Translations under genes and position numbers: made by a program | The notes under the pieces: generated by a model | Databases searched by the model: none | What the model was told of the DNA's origin: nothing | What the model saw: the letters and a program-made list of their open reading frames with translations, nothing else | From: Perna viridis | Taxonomy: Eukaryota | Direction: 5' to 3' | Assembly: GCA_037379345.1 (NCBI GenBank) | Contig: CM074517.1 | Span: 30,442,001-30,506,000, forward strand | DNA length: 64,000 nt | Shown: positions 1 to 12,859 of the stretch, one piece after another | Layout: each line of letters begins with the position of its first letter | Numbering within the stretch: position 1 is the stretch's first letter

Positions 1-1063
1 ATTGTCTCTGTGTGATATTGTAGATGGTAGTGGGTGTAGTCCGTCCATGTTCAGTCTTTAAAATTATAAGACCATGAAATCGGTAAATTTTGGTCATCTA
101 TAAATGACAATTTCAATTATGTTTCAAAAATTAGGTCTGGCATTTATTGCTTGTTTATATGTATAATTTATTTTGAATTTAAATGATTGTGGGTCAATGT
201 TAACATACATTCTTAGTTATCGATATTACAAAAACCTGAAACAAATTGTTTTATGATGGAAACAAATCGTGATGTAATATTATATGAAGAATACATATGG
301 TGATTTTGTCAAAGAGACTCCGACCCCACGAGAATGAAAAATGTCAGCTCATGGATCTTCAATGAATGACGAGGAAACCCTCACACCATTGGATACATAA
401 TTCGTTAGTAATCTAATTTAGGGTGAACTTTCATGAAAGGTATTGTAAGGCTTGTTAAGGAGTACCATTCGAAACTTACAAAACAGATGGATGAAAGCTG
501 ATACTAAAAGAATTGAATAACAACGTCAAATAATTAGCTTCAAAGATCACAATTACTGTCATTAAACGCAGGTACAATAAAAACGTGAAGAATTCAAATC
601 AATTAACACATCCACAGCGATAACATTTATTTAAGGTATCAAAAGGACATCCTTGTCTGACGCTTGTCAAATACTAATAATAGGACTAATTATGTTTTAC
701 AGCGTCTAGATGTGAAGTTAATGAAAAAAAAATATATAGTTATTTGATCATTTGGACAAAAAGTCTGAAAATAAAAAGAAAGTGTGAAATTTATAGCAAA
801 ATAATCATTGTATGTTACCTAATGATGAACAAACTAAACCCAGCGGATGTAAGCAGCCTTACATGTCAGACACCTGAATTGTATGGATATTCATTTTAAC
901 CATTTGCCGTCTGTGAGAACTGACTGTACGATTTTTATTGGAAGTAACCAGACGAAATGGAAATTATTCTGTTCAATATTATGTTTGACAATTTGATTAT
1001 ATATTAAAACGAAAAAAAAGATTGCTTCTGCATCTGATCGTTTGCCTTAATATTGTAACCTAC

Positions 1064-1325
1064 CTGATTTTACAGAGCAATGTATATGTCCTCGTGATTC
1101 GTAATAAACCCAATCAAAGCCCGCTTCTACTGCTAAACGTGCCAACATCCCATATTTTGCTCGATCCCTATCGCTTGTTGTTATATCTACAGCTCTTCCT
1201 TCGTAATGCAATGAGTCTTTAGCATGATTATTATCCTCGTCCCATGCCTCAGTCACTCTTAGTTTTACCCCTGGCCACTGGTTCATCACGGAGACAGCCA
1301 GGGCTTGCAATTTGTCTTTGGTTCT
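1064..1325 (-). CDS. hh: Hedgehog coding exon 2 (C-terminal part of the Hh signalling domain)
   Basis: Acceptor TTTTCAG|AGA and donor TCAG|GTAGGT. The exon is 262 bp, phase 0 to 1, matching the exon-2 boundaries of vertebrate Hh genes. It translates as [87 protein letters not shown]. Confidence 0.98.
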
Positions 1326-1436
1326 CTGAAAACAGGATACTGAGGAGTAGTACACATATATTAATAAGGAAAAAAAAACAAGCAAGTATAATTTGGTTTT
1401 TGTCATTGGCCACCTGTTCAATTTGGGGGATATTAA

Positions 1437-1820
1437 GTATCACTCTAGGTCAGAATCATGCAAAATGTCATTCATGGTTCGAAAGCCCCAATTTTTATAT
1501 TTTTTTTTATATTTTGTTTAAAATGTTGTAGTAAACAGAAATAAACATATATCTTTTCATATAACCTGTGTTCGTAGGAGATCAAAATTAATTTGATTGC
1601 ACTGTAGAATTCAAAATTAAGGGAGATGACACCAAAATACAATAGAAACTGTTGGATTTTCACTGTGGATTCGGACATAAGAGCAGACAGATTGGGATGA
1701 ATACTTATACATTTCATCATATAGACCTATAAAGCAACTTAATAACAAAAAGAAAATGTGTAGCCTTTTTGGGTGTATCACATATTATAGAATTTGCATG
1801 ATTCTTACAAAGACTACTAC
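1437..1820. mobile_element. TTAA-flanked MITE, type E (AGAATCATGCAAA termini)
   Basis: Left end ttaa-GTATCACTCTAGGTCAGAATCATGCAAA and right end TTTGCATGATTCTTACAAAGACTACTAC-ttaa form imperfect TIRs related to types C and D. Confidence 0.6.
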
Positions 1821-4298
1821 TTAATATAATCAACACTTTGCCATTGTTTAAGATGTTTTTACTAGTATTGTAAGATATTTTTCTTTGATATGTTTCTTAA
1901 ATGAAACGTTATCCACTTCAATTCTGATAAGCACAGAAGACGTTTGTACCTTTAATATACAGCGGTTTTACAAAGTATAGTTTTCCAAACATGGTGAAAG
2001 ATAAAATATTTTCTAGTCTAGCCGTTCACACTTATCAGTATTTTTCTAAATTAAATAAGACGTGAAGCTTTTCTCACCTACTTTCAAAGTCAAAACTGAA
2101 CAACAATCTTAAGAAACAGTTGTTAAGCAGTTTTAACTTACATTTGACACCAATATTATCGGTTTTATGATAAGCTAGATATATAGTCCTGTCTTTGATC
2201 TTTGTGACGTCACTGATAGTCACTTGCTCCAAAATACACAGACTTAAACCCCTATTAATAAGGCTAACATAAAATCCATCTTAGAACGAGCTTGAATAGT
2301 TTGTACTTTTTCTCAAGATAATTGTTATATGCTATAAATGTAAACTACCATGCCGGTTTTTCTTCATTAAAAGGAAAAAAATTGAAGTATCAGTGTAAAT
2401 CAAATACTTCCTTTCTAGATATTTGGTTAATTTATTTCTGTAAAATATATAACGTTGAAAAGCAATATGAGAGAAACAGTAAAGGTGATGAGTCAAAAGC
2501 AGCTAAACGAAAGTCAGATACATAAACCCTACTATCTTATCCATTACAAAATACCTTCTTACCAAGGAAACAATGGCATTTTGACCAGATGGATCATAGT
2601 TAATGGAGAAAATATCACCCTAAATCGAGGCCTGTGTTCTCTTTTATTAGATTTAATTACAGGTTGGTATTAAAGAGAATTATCTTTATATACCGCGGTG
2701 TGATTCTTATCCTAGTGTTATCAAAACAAGGAATCAAAGATATTAGCCTCGCTGTATTGTCTTTACGACAGCCTCGCGTACATACATGGTCAAGGACAAT
2801 TATCTTATAGAGTTGCAAACTATATAAGAATGATAAAATACCATCTTATGCTATGGTAGTCTTTATTCATGAATTAAATAAATTCCCAAAAACTGTAAAT
2901 TTTGTTTTTTTTTTAATGTAGCGTTTTGTTTTATCTTTAAAATGTTAAATGCAGAAATAAAAATATTTAAATGTGTAACCTAAACAGTAAAACTGACGCG
3001 GCTTTGTTATATTTCATAAAGGCCAGGTTATCGCACAATATGCAATATCAAATCATTTGTAGGAGATACTGGTTTTGACAGAATCGAAGTCTTTCATGAT
3101 ATCAATTTGCCAATAAAGTATCTGACACAATTACAACAATTCTTCTCATTTTTTAAAATGATAAATATTAAAAAAAAAACAAAACAAAAAAACAAAAAAA
3201 AAACAAAAAAAAAACAGACAAATGAACACAAAGAGGTATACATACAAAATATAAAACCATTAATGCAAAACAGATTAATGCCTAGAATAATGAACAAATG
3301 TTAGATCACTCGAATGGCATCCAACCAAGATTTCAATTTTGCAAATTCGTTGCAAAATTAAATGTATATACTTATTGAACTCTTTTTATCCAACTTCATA
3401 TTTATGCAAACATATCATAATGTGAAATTTTAAAAGAAAATCAAAGAAAAAAAGGTTGATATAAGTAAATTGGTCCATATACGAGAAACAGTGTGTACAC
3501 ATTGACCCACGAAGTTGTAGCAGAAAGGTAAATTAATTATTATTTTAGACTCTTTTTCATCTGCTTTCTGTTCGCCAGTGCCTCAAAGCGTCTTTCTTAT
3601 TCTCATTTTGATGCTTGTGAAATATTAAAACATTTAACCTTGCAAAACTTATCAGTACATTTGAACTTTCAATATTTTTTTTCACCTATGATCATGTTGA
3701 TGATATTTATAACAAATAATTTGGAACTAACCCCATGCATTATGTATTTTGGCCAACTAATTGAGAAGCAATATGAATTACCTTTTCACATCAAAATAAC
3801 GATAAGTACCCTTACAAAAAGTTATTTACAAGGCTAAAAGCTCTCCAATCGAATAACACGGTCCTATAAATGTTTTAGAATATAAGCTGAGCTTCAAAAT
3901 GTTTCAAGCCCTTAGGTGATAAAGATCAATTCTTTGTCCCTATGATTACAGTTTGCTGGACTACATAAAACCACCACTTAAAATCTACTGGAATGGTGTT
4001 TTATTGTTAGTCTAATCATGCATTTTCCCTTTCATTCAGACTTCTTCAGACGCACAGTAAACATATATAAAACTCAGCACACATTACTAAGGAGTGAACC
4101 ACTGAAAAATCAAATATTTATTCTAGTTAGCTAAACTTTAAATTTAGATATTTGTAAATAATTTAATACCGTAAAACAAACTTTACTTGAATATTAATTT
4201 CAACATACGCTGCTCATTTATAGGGTTTATTAAGAATTGCTTGTAGATTTAAGACCAGATGGGAGTGATAACTTGTTTTAAACAAAGTGATATATTAA

Positions 4299-4510
4299 GG
4301 GAGGTAGATCTAGGGTGAGGGACACAACTCTTACAAATCATTGGAATGTTTGTATCCAACATTTTACATCAATCTAATGTAATCATCAAAGTAACTTGGA
4401 CTGATTTCATTCTGTTTTAAAGGAAAGCTTGAAAGGCTTTGATGAATTGAATATGATACAAACATATCACTGATTTCAAGAGTTATGTCCCTTACCCTAG
4501 GTCTACCTCC
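4299..4510 (+). mobile_element. MITE family A copy 1 (Kolobok-like non-autonomous DNA transposon)
   Basis: TTAA on both sides and ~33 bp TIRs GGAGGTAGAYCTAGGGTAAGGGACAYAACTCTT. Seven copies in the window. Confidence 0.9.
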
Positions 4511-5881
4511 TTAAAATGACACCGGAAAAACGCGATCGAATATTTTCAATATGTATGCTCGTCTTATCGCATGAATATTTTACTACATTGTGTCTTTTCT
4601 TCTAATGATTAACCAATCACTTTATAGATGATGTAGCTGCTCTCTACTATAGTAATAGAAGAATTAGAATTTCAACTAATAACTTTCAGTGTCATATTAA
4701 AATCATAATAAATAGTTTTCTATTTTCCGTTTTTTTGTGGAAATATTGTACAAGTTCTAAAATTGTCCTACAAATACTGACCAATACTACTAGTATAAAC
4801 CGATATGAAAGGATATGGCTGCTGAACCTATCCACCACTTTCTATGAAGCAACTTGAAATTGGTGTTAATTGAAATATTTTAAAATAGATAACTTAAATC
4901 ATAAAGAACATCACAACTTTACTACAATTCCGAATTCTAAAATTCTGCATTTAAAATGAAGAAAATGTACAATTTGAACTAAACTTTTCTTCAATGACAT
5001 TCACGGTCACAAGATATCATAGTTATCGTTTAAATCAATATGTCTATCCTGACCATCAAATAAAAAAAATATCAGCATAAAATACTACACCATCCTGTAT
5101 TAGAATATATATGCAAGATTACAGATATTTCGGACTTGAAGATGAGTTTGCCATAGTCACCGACAGTCTGACTATTGTTTTGAAAAAAATAATTATTTAA
5201 CTATTTACTGTTAAAACGGTTGAAGTAAAAGAATGCACCCTTATCATATGACAAATTAAATACTTATCTACCTTCTCATAAAAGATGAAAGTAATGGAAA
5301 TATTGTCAATTTCACGTTGTGTCAACTTGACATCCCGACACTGTTTAAGTTAAAAGAATTTTTAATGTGGTTGTAAAAATTTTAAGTTAAAATTTGGTAT
5401 AAACATCACGTTCAGTTTTGTGTGGACTATTTAAGTAGGTACCGTAGCAAGAGTTAATCAAAATCTTCAGAATTGTCGTCGTCAGTTGAAGTTGACCCTT
5501 TCCCAATATGCTCCTACAGGTCTAATGATAATGTCATTGAGACATTAAATGAAACACAAAAGTATTTCTGAAATGAGTTCGATTTGACCACATTATCTAA
5601 CCTTGTATTATTTTTGTTGACGTAGTTGTATGACCGAAAAACAAACAAACAAACAAACAAACGAGGGGACTCCTTGGACAAAACAATGCCGGGAACCCCA
5701 GAAGCAAAACAATCTGCACAACTGAAAAAAAAAACTGAAAAGTACAATGGATAAAAATAATATCACACCTCTTAAATTGGAGTAAGGGGTATGTAACTCG
5801 AGTGCTTTCCCTAGAAGGATGAATAGATCCAGTTTATTTTTTGACACCCGCAGTTGTGCTTGTTGAAGGTCAAATCCAGTG

Positions 5882-6435
5882 AAAGTCATCAAGTGGAGCA
5901 AGATTCTAGCTGAAAACAAAAGAATGCAATCCAGGGATAAAGACTAGATAGATAAAACAGACACATACAACAAAGAACATGAAATAATCAAAATGGCACG
6001 TACAAAGTAACAAAAGTAAATGAGCAACTCGGACTTCACTAAAAACTAGAAGCATGGGCAAGGTGCACCAGTAAGACATCCGTTCTCAGTATTTCTAAAA
6101 ACACCCACCAAGCTGCTCATCAAAAATGTCCGGGGAAGACGAATTGAGAAAGGAAAACTATGACACGGTGAACAATTCGGTTTTTCATGGTGCAAATGAA
6201 TACACCGTAAAGATGAACGAGCTAATGATGACGACCATAAAACTTCTGTAGTATCTGTGGATTTAATCTTGAAGCAACATAACCCTGTACCAAAAGCTTA
6301 ATTGTAAGAAGTCTAGAGCGGTAGTTAGGGCAAGCTCTCTCATAACGTATGAGATTTGATATGAAAACTCTACACGCAGTTGCTGAGGGATGTTGCCACA
6401 GATGAAAAGAAAGTTGACAAATCGGAATGAAAGGA
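5882..6435 (-). mobile_element. PLE family 1 3' fragment (RT thumb plus UTR) inside hh intron 1
   Basis: ORF 6222-6497(-) contains VFISNLIRYERAC...LLVQGY...KFYGRHH, followed by the shared UTR. Confidence 0.85.
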
Positions 6436-8306
6436 TTAACTCGATGATAGATAAAAGTAGTTTGTCGTATTGGAGACGGATATTCTAAATCGGTCAATCA
6501 GGTCTTGATTACTTCAGAAAAACTGAGAAACATACATTTAGTGTATCGACGGCTATCATTATCATGGGTAAACTAAAATCGATTATATCTACTGAATTGT
6601 ATTGAAAGGTGATAAATTGTTGGGATCTATTTGGGTATGAAAACTACGCCTTATTAAAATTAGAATATTGTACTGAGAGAATAATGATATAGGAACAATT
6701 TAACTTATATATCACTATAATCAAATGAACAATATTGCGAATTTGATATAAAAATATTATATCCAATATTCTGTATATGAACAATTGCTTGTTACTCTAA
6801 TGGCAATTGATCAAAGTCAATTCTGAAACTGTTTATGAATATGTGTGATATTTTTTTTTTTATATATTTTGCTTTTACGAACAATTTGGCCGTTCTTGAC
6901 CCCTTTTATTCTGGTCATTATTAAAAAAAAATTGCAAAAATAATCATATAAATACAAAAATACACTTATATATAGTAAAGTATTAAAATCCAATACAGTC
7001 AGATAGAAGATAAGTACATTGAATTCTGATTGAACCACCTTGAATAATGATTAAAAACAAAACTGTCTATATAAAAATCACTTTTAAAGTCACTTTTTAT
7101 CAATACCCGAACACATGCCCAAAAGTGGTTTGGTTTAAACAGCAGTATGTATTTTTACAACAAAATTCCTAAAAATCTCTAAACAAAAGCTAGATATAAG
7201 ATAGAAACCACGAAAAAAAAAATGAATATTTCAAAACCAGCCTCATACACTTAACAGCTTTAATACTTCAACAGCCGTTATTTTAGCTGCTTTAAACCTG
7301 TTTATGTAATGATTTAGGCATCTTTTCTATCCTTAAATCTTTTAAAGTTTTTTGAGTGTTAACCTAATAAAGTCAAAATGTCCATTCATCAGGATAAGCC
7401 CTGTTAAACATTTTATCAACCTGAATTGAACTACAGAAAAAGCTATCATTCATCAATAAGGATAAATAAAACGGTATATTTCATCTTGTTTATCTGAAAT
7501 CCCATCTGAATTGATCTGTACATAGGTTATTTTGATATTTCAATACATAAGTTAATTGTTCAAATGTATGCAAATGTTTGTTTAATAGTACTAGAGTACA
7601 TATCAAATGATGCAGAAAAATACAGGGGCAAGATAGACTTTGAAGTTTATAATCTTCCGCACTCAAATGCATGACACTCCTGTAGTGGTGTCTTCTAGTA
7701 CTGACAGAGATAGTGCATTTCTACTTCAAATCTATTCTTATATCAAACAAAGTGTAATACTGCTTCATTTTTTTCACATTTCGGCCATGTATTTTGACTT
7801 GATGTATATGGATTGTCATTTTCTATCGATGCTTTGGAATGTTTGGCAATATTTGAAGCTTTTAAGCCATAAAAAAGGGGAATACTCAAATTGAATTAAG
7901 GGTATATACTTGTTATCTTTATTATGGAGATTTGTATGACTAACCCTTAATCCTAAATATGCATATGTACAACCTATTCTTTTCAAAAAGTTTTCACCCG
8001 GTCTTGTACTAGAATTCCCCCATATTTGTACGTTTGATACTGCTACTTTTCCATTAATAAAAAGTTGTTAGAGTTGAAAAATAGTAAGTATTATAAATAA
8101 CCATATAAGTAACCATGAAAGGTAAATATAACATTTTTGGTTGATACACCATTTCTGCTACAAGTATCTCTCCTAACTCTTGATTTACCAAATAAATTCA
8201 GAAATAGAATTTCAATTCTTGTTTCGAGTAGGGAAAAACATGTCACCGTGTTCAAATGTATTCATTAACGACGCCCGCATACCGCGTCAATGGCAACGTT
8301 ACCGGG

Positions 8307-8395
8307 ACACGACGGGATTAATATAAAAACCAAGTTCAAGTATGGTGGCTTGATGTTTTTACTATTTTTCCTTTCTCACAAAATAGTTGCTAAAG
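8307..8395 (+). repeat. 88 bp dispersed repeat copy 1
   Basis: ACACGACGGGATTAATATAAAAACCAA...GTTGCTAAAG, near-identical to 13867-13954. Confidence 0.8.
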
Positions 8396-9312
8396 TATGC
8401 GTCTACTATATGAAGTACACTTCTTCATAAATTAAGCCAAAGTTTAAATGATTATGTAAGCAAACTCTTGAAACAGATTTTCTTGAGTGAAATAAGTAGC
8501 TTATTTCGACAAACAAACGTACAAACAGATTGAGAAATGAAAGAATAGCAGACTTCAAAAGAGTCTTTCAAACGTTTATGTAGAGGTGCAGTGATAACAG
8601 TCCAGTTACTGTCACTAGGAGAAATATTGCAGCTAAACAGTGTTTTAATCACTTCTGACACAAATGTAAAAATATTTTTTAATGATAGATACGCCTGGTA
8701 TATGCTCCCATATTACTCTCCAGAGCCGCAGTTGACCTTGTCTGTATATTACCATCTTTTTATTTTTATTTATTGTTTTTGTATCTATTTTTATAATGTT
8801 ATCCTCGTGGTCTCTTAGCGTTTGCATTTCGAGTCACGTTTTTTAGTTCAGGAAATGAAAGAAAAGCGAAAAGGATAAGGATAGCGACTTCCGCTTCATA
8901 TATTCAATGGAATTTAAGAATGTGACTTCGAATATATAGAAAATAAAAACATGACTTTGTTTCTTTTGCTTTGCAAGATTTAATAGCAAAATACTGGTGA
9001 AATCAACTGCAGTTTCAGCTGAAATTAATTTCTTTTTTTCAGAATAAGGTTATATGTTAAACTTACACATTTGCAATTAAACTTGATATCCATCTGAGTA
9101 TACATAACACTAGAATAATCTATATAGATCAACAAAATACAAGAAAGTTCCTTAACTCTAAAAAAAAAAAAAAAATTTAAACTATCAGTGTTCTTTATAA
9201 AATACTTAGTCGAAGCCATATCTGAAGAAGCAGACCCAACTTGTGAAAATTTCATAATAATTTATATATTAAAAAAAAAAAGAATCCCTATTTATAAAAC
9301 TTCTCATCTTAA

Positions 9313-9522
9313 GGTGTAGCCCTAGGGTAAGGGATATAACTCTTGAAATCAGTGATATGTTTATATAATATTCAATTTCACAAAAGCCTTTCAAGCTTTC
9401 ATTTGAAACAGAATGAAATCAGTCCAAGTTATTTTGATGCTTACATGAGATTGTTGTAAAATGGTGAATACAAACGTTCCAATTATTTTAAGAGTTGTGT
9501 CCCTTACCGTAGGTCTACCTCC
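9313..9522 (-). mobile_element. MITE family A copy 2
   Basis: Same TIRs and interior, reverse orientation, TTAA flanks. Confidence 0.9.
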
Positions 9523-10060
9523 TTAAATCATCTTGAAGCTCAACGATCTAAACAATTCTATTTCCACTCTACTGCATGATTGGAATTGAGTATTTTGTGT
9601 ATCGGTACATGGAGGAAACAAATATATTGATATGTTAAGATATGATAAGACTTCAATGTCGCACGTAATTCACCATTGTACATTATATTAATCTAATAAT
9701 TAATATCAGCAGGAGTTTTATATATATGTCGAATGTCCGTTGGTACCGAAAAAAATGTTTTGGTTTGCGTCAAGAGTTTTGCTTAAAAAGACAGACACAT
9801 ACTCCACTTTAAAATATTTGATTTGAAAAGCAACAACATTCAAATTATTGACAATTAATGAGTAAAAAGCAGAGGTTTATGATTATACCAAAATATTCTA
9901 ATAGAATCAAAAGTATAGAAAAAACCTTTCTAACACCATTTTTGAACCAAGATAAGCATCCTTCAAACAAATGGATACATACTAAATAAAATGGCCAATA
10001 CACAACTGTTTCAGATGTTTATATACATCGCCTTTACTATCAATTAAGAAATCAATTTAT

Positions 10061-10370
10061 GTACTTCTCTGTCTAAGAATCAGGCATAATGAGAATTAAG
10101 TGTGGCACATGAAGAAAACAAATTGCATTATCTAAGTATTTACACCTCATAACCTCTAGAAATAACCACCAAAACGTTTGCAACGCTTGCCTTTTTAAGA
10201 TATTGTAAGGTCAAATTTAGTTGAAATGCACTTTTTCACCATATATGCAGTAAAAAATATCTACATCATTTTCGGTGGTTTCCTAGATGTATTGGAAAAA
10301 TTGAGGCAAAAAGACCATTTTAATAAAAATGATGTGCCACCCACTGACAGATTCTTACACAGAATGGTAC
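10061..10370 (+). mobile_element. MITE type C copy 1
   Basis: GTACTTCTCTGTCTAAGAATCAGGCA ... GATTCTTACACAGAATGGTAC-ttaa; colinear with 24238-24555. Confidence 0.8.
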
Positions 10371-12311
10371 TTAAATGATGTTTACTTCAGCGGTGATTAT
10401 ACAGTGGCCTAAGGACTGTAGTAAAATACAAATCTAACCGTAATATCAGACTATTTTACGGTGTCGTAATTACATTATTGATAGAGTTGTGCTAAATCAA
10501 ATACTTTAACGATACCGTTTTCTACGATCGAACTTCTATCTGGAATATTATGTGTAGTAATTATTTTGTATTGACTTATTTTGCACCCTATGTCTTTTGG
10601 TGACAATCTTTCACCATGCTGCCTCTACATCAAATGTGTCCGTTTAAGCCAAAAATGGTAGCAACATCTTATCTAAATGATATGGTTATCCATATTTTGA
10701 TGTGGTCTTTTTTTAATATACGAATTTTGATTCTGTCCAGTTAACACTGGAAACTGACCATTTCAATTTTAATAACAATTTAAAAAGTGTATCTGTTTTT
10801 TATTCATTTCTACTATTTAAAAAAAAACGGTTATGATAACATAAAAGCAAAAATTGCATCAGCATTTGACCTAGTAATCTTGATCAGTGTTAGGATGTAA
10901 GCAACCTCATCTATACTGTTTTTACTTAAATTAACGTTTGTAGTTTAAATATTATTTAACTGACGGAATCACCGTTATGTATGATATTTTAGAATTAAAA
11001 AAATAAATAGTTTCATAATAACATAAAACGTATGCATATTGAATATTTCATTCTTATAAATATTTCGAATATTTAATTTGTTCCTGCAATCAACACTTCA
11101 TATATAAAGTTACCATCAGAAAGGGTACTAAATGTGTCAATGCAGTCTTGTATTGGTGTATAAATGGTCTGCACTCATGACTGGGTACGGTTGTAAAGAA
11201 GGAATAAAATTTGAGAAATGAATAGCCGTATCATGTTTGAATGGAATATTAAGGACAAATTTTATACCTCCTGAATTAAATTTTATATGGAATTAACAAT
11301 TGTCAACTTATGCATCGTTCTACTTGTGTTCTTTGTTATAGAAAAAGGATGTTTAAAGTACGTTTTTGTGGAACATTATACTGCGATTTATGTTTTTATA
11401 TGGTTTTTTTTGCCATCCTTCTTTAAATAATAAGAATTTTGACTTGAGAAAATATTCAACAACATCAAATACAGCATTACAATCTTGTTGGCTTAAATGC
11501 TTTGGTCATTTCATGCTTGTTGAATATCATGCCATTTTAAATCATGATTTTAAAGTACTCAACAAGTTTTGTAGTTTTCGTAGAATTCTTGATTAGGTTA
11601 AGTGACATATTTCATCAAAACAGCTTTCTAACTTAGATTCTCCTTTTGATGTTTTGAGCACTAATATCTTTAGCAAGTTTTTAAAAGTATCAGATATTGT
11701 AGTAAATTGACTTATAATATACTGAGATTAGAAAATTTGTGTTTGTATTGGAATTACATATAAACTCTGTAATCAATACAAAAATTTTAGCCTGTGTATT
11801 CAGAGTTAAATAAATAAACTTATCACTTTAACTTCTCATTAAAGATTAGCAGCTATTTAAATTTTGTTGGTTAATGCTCTTTTGTCGGACTTTGGCTGCA
11901 CAACTTAACGTTGTATTCAAAACCATTTTTATTTCTTACGACAGAAATCTCTAAAACAAATGGTACGAAATTAGATTTTAGAATTTTTCGATTAGAAATT
12001 GATATAATTTTGACTAAATTTGTCTTAATATTAGTATACTCATTCGCTTTATAGCATCCTCGGGATAGGGCGACACAATAGGGCCCTATCTAAAATCTAG
12101 CGAAGTAGGATAAACAATCTAAGTAATACAAAGGGAATAAAGAAAATTATAGTAATTTTCAGACATTTCCTATTCAAAAATTTATATATTTTTTGAAAAA
12201 AATAAGTGCCAAAAATATTGCATATTCTGTTTTAGAATTAAATCTATGAACTGGACTAAGAAAATGCCTTTGACAACTGAAATTTTAAATTGATTTTGCA
12301 GTTATATCTAC

Positions 12312-12620
12312 CTGTGTCATAAGCCTATCATCACCATTGCCCTCTTCATCTTTGAAAATGATATTTGGGTTCTCATTCTTTACAAGATCTTTAAACCTTG
12401 CATCGTTTCGAGTAATTTTTCCCTCTGGAACTCCACTTGCACCAATAGTGTTTTCTGAGACATTAGGAACATGTTGTTTATACACTAACACTGTCATAAT
12501 TTTTGGACGTCTTCGACTGCCGGATCCTCGAGAAGGTCCACATTGAAGACAGGAATCAACGAGTAAAAGAAAGACAAAAAATCCTGTAAGAATATTGTTG
12601 GTTATCCTATAAGAAAGCAT
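12312..12620 (-). CDS. hh: Hedgehog coding exon 1 (signal peptide plus N-terminal part of the Hh signalling domain)
   Basis: ATG at 12620 gives [26 protein letters not shown]|[14 protein letters not shown]...[17 protein letters not shown]...[15 protein letters not shown]. This has a hydrophobic signal peptide, the CGP N-terminus (palmitoylated Cys) and a basic Cardin-Weintraub-like patch. Phase-0 donor CAG|GTAGAT at the conserved Hh intron-1 position. Confidence 0.96.
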
Positions 12621-12859
12621 TCCGTGTGTCTTTATTTTGATGGCTTTAAGCCTATTATTTGTCTTTTCTAAACACAAGATTTATTTCTACATTACAAATA
12701 TATTTTTTTCTATTGTTATCAAAATTAAATTCAAACCATTATATTATAAACTAATCCACAAGTACTAATTAGTCAACAATAGCGAACACCATCTTTTCTG
12801 GATATTAAGCCCTCGAATGACCTTAGATGTCAGCTCTGGTTCACAGTTATGTAACATGA

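Larger units (their letters stand above)
1326..12311 (-). other. hh: hedgehog intron 1 (~11.0 kb)
   Basis: GT..AG boundaries join MTQ to RTKDK in frame. Confidence 0.92.

Noticed and set aside
1-1063. Hedgehog exon 3 (Hint domain, GCF motif)
   Set aside because: No suitable open frame; it must lie beyond the left edge.
1326-1421. Hydrophobic 'signal-like' N-terminus on ORF 1047-1421
   Set aside because: This is translated T-rich intron upstream of the splice acceptor.
4295-4514. piggyBac assignment for family A because of TTAA flanks
   Set aside because: Termini are GG..CC rather than CC..GG, which fits Kolobok better.
12621-12677. N-terminal extension of Hh from the ORF track (MCLEKTNN...)
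   Set aside because: It starts at TTG. The ATG at 12620 gives a normal 26-residue signal peptide before CGP.
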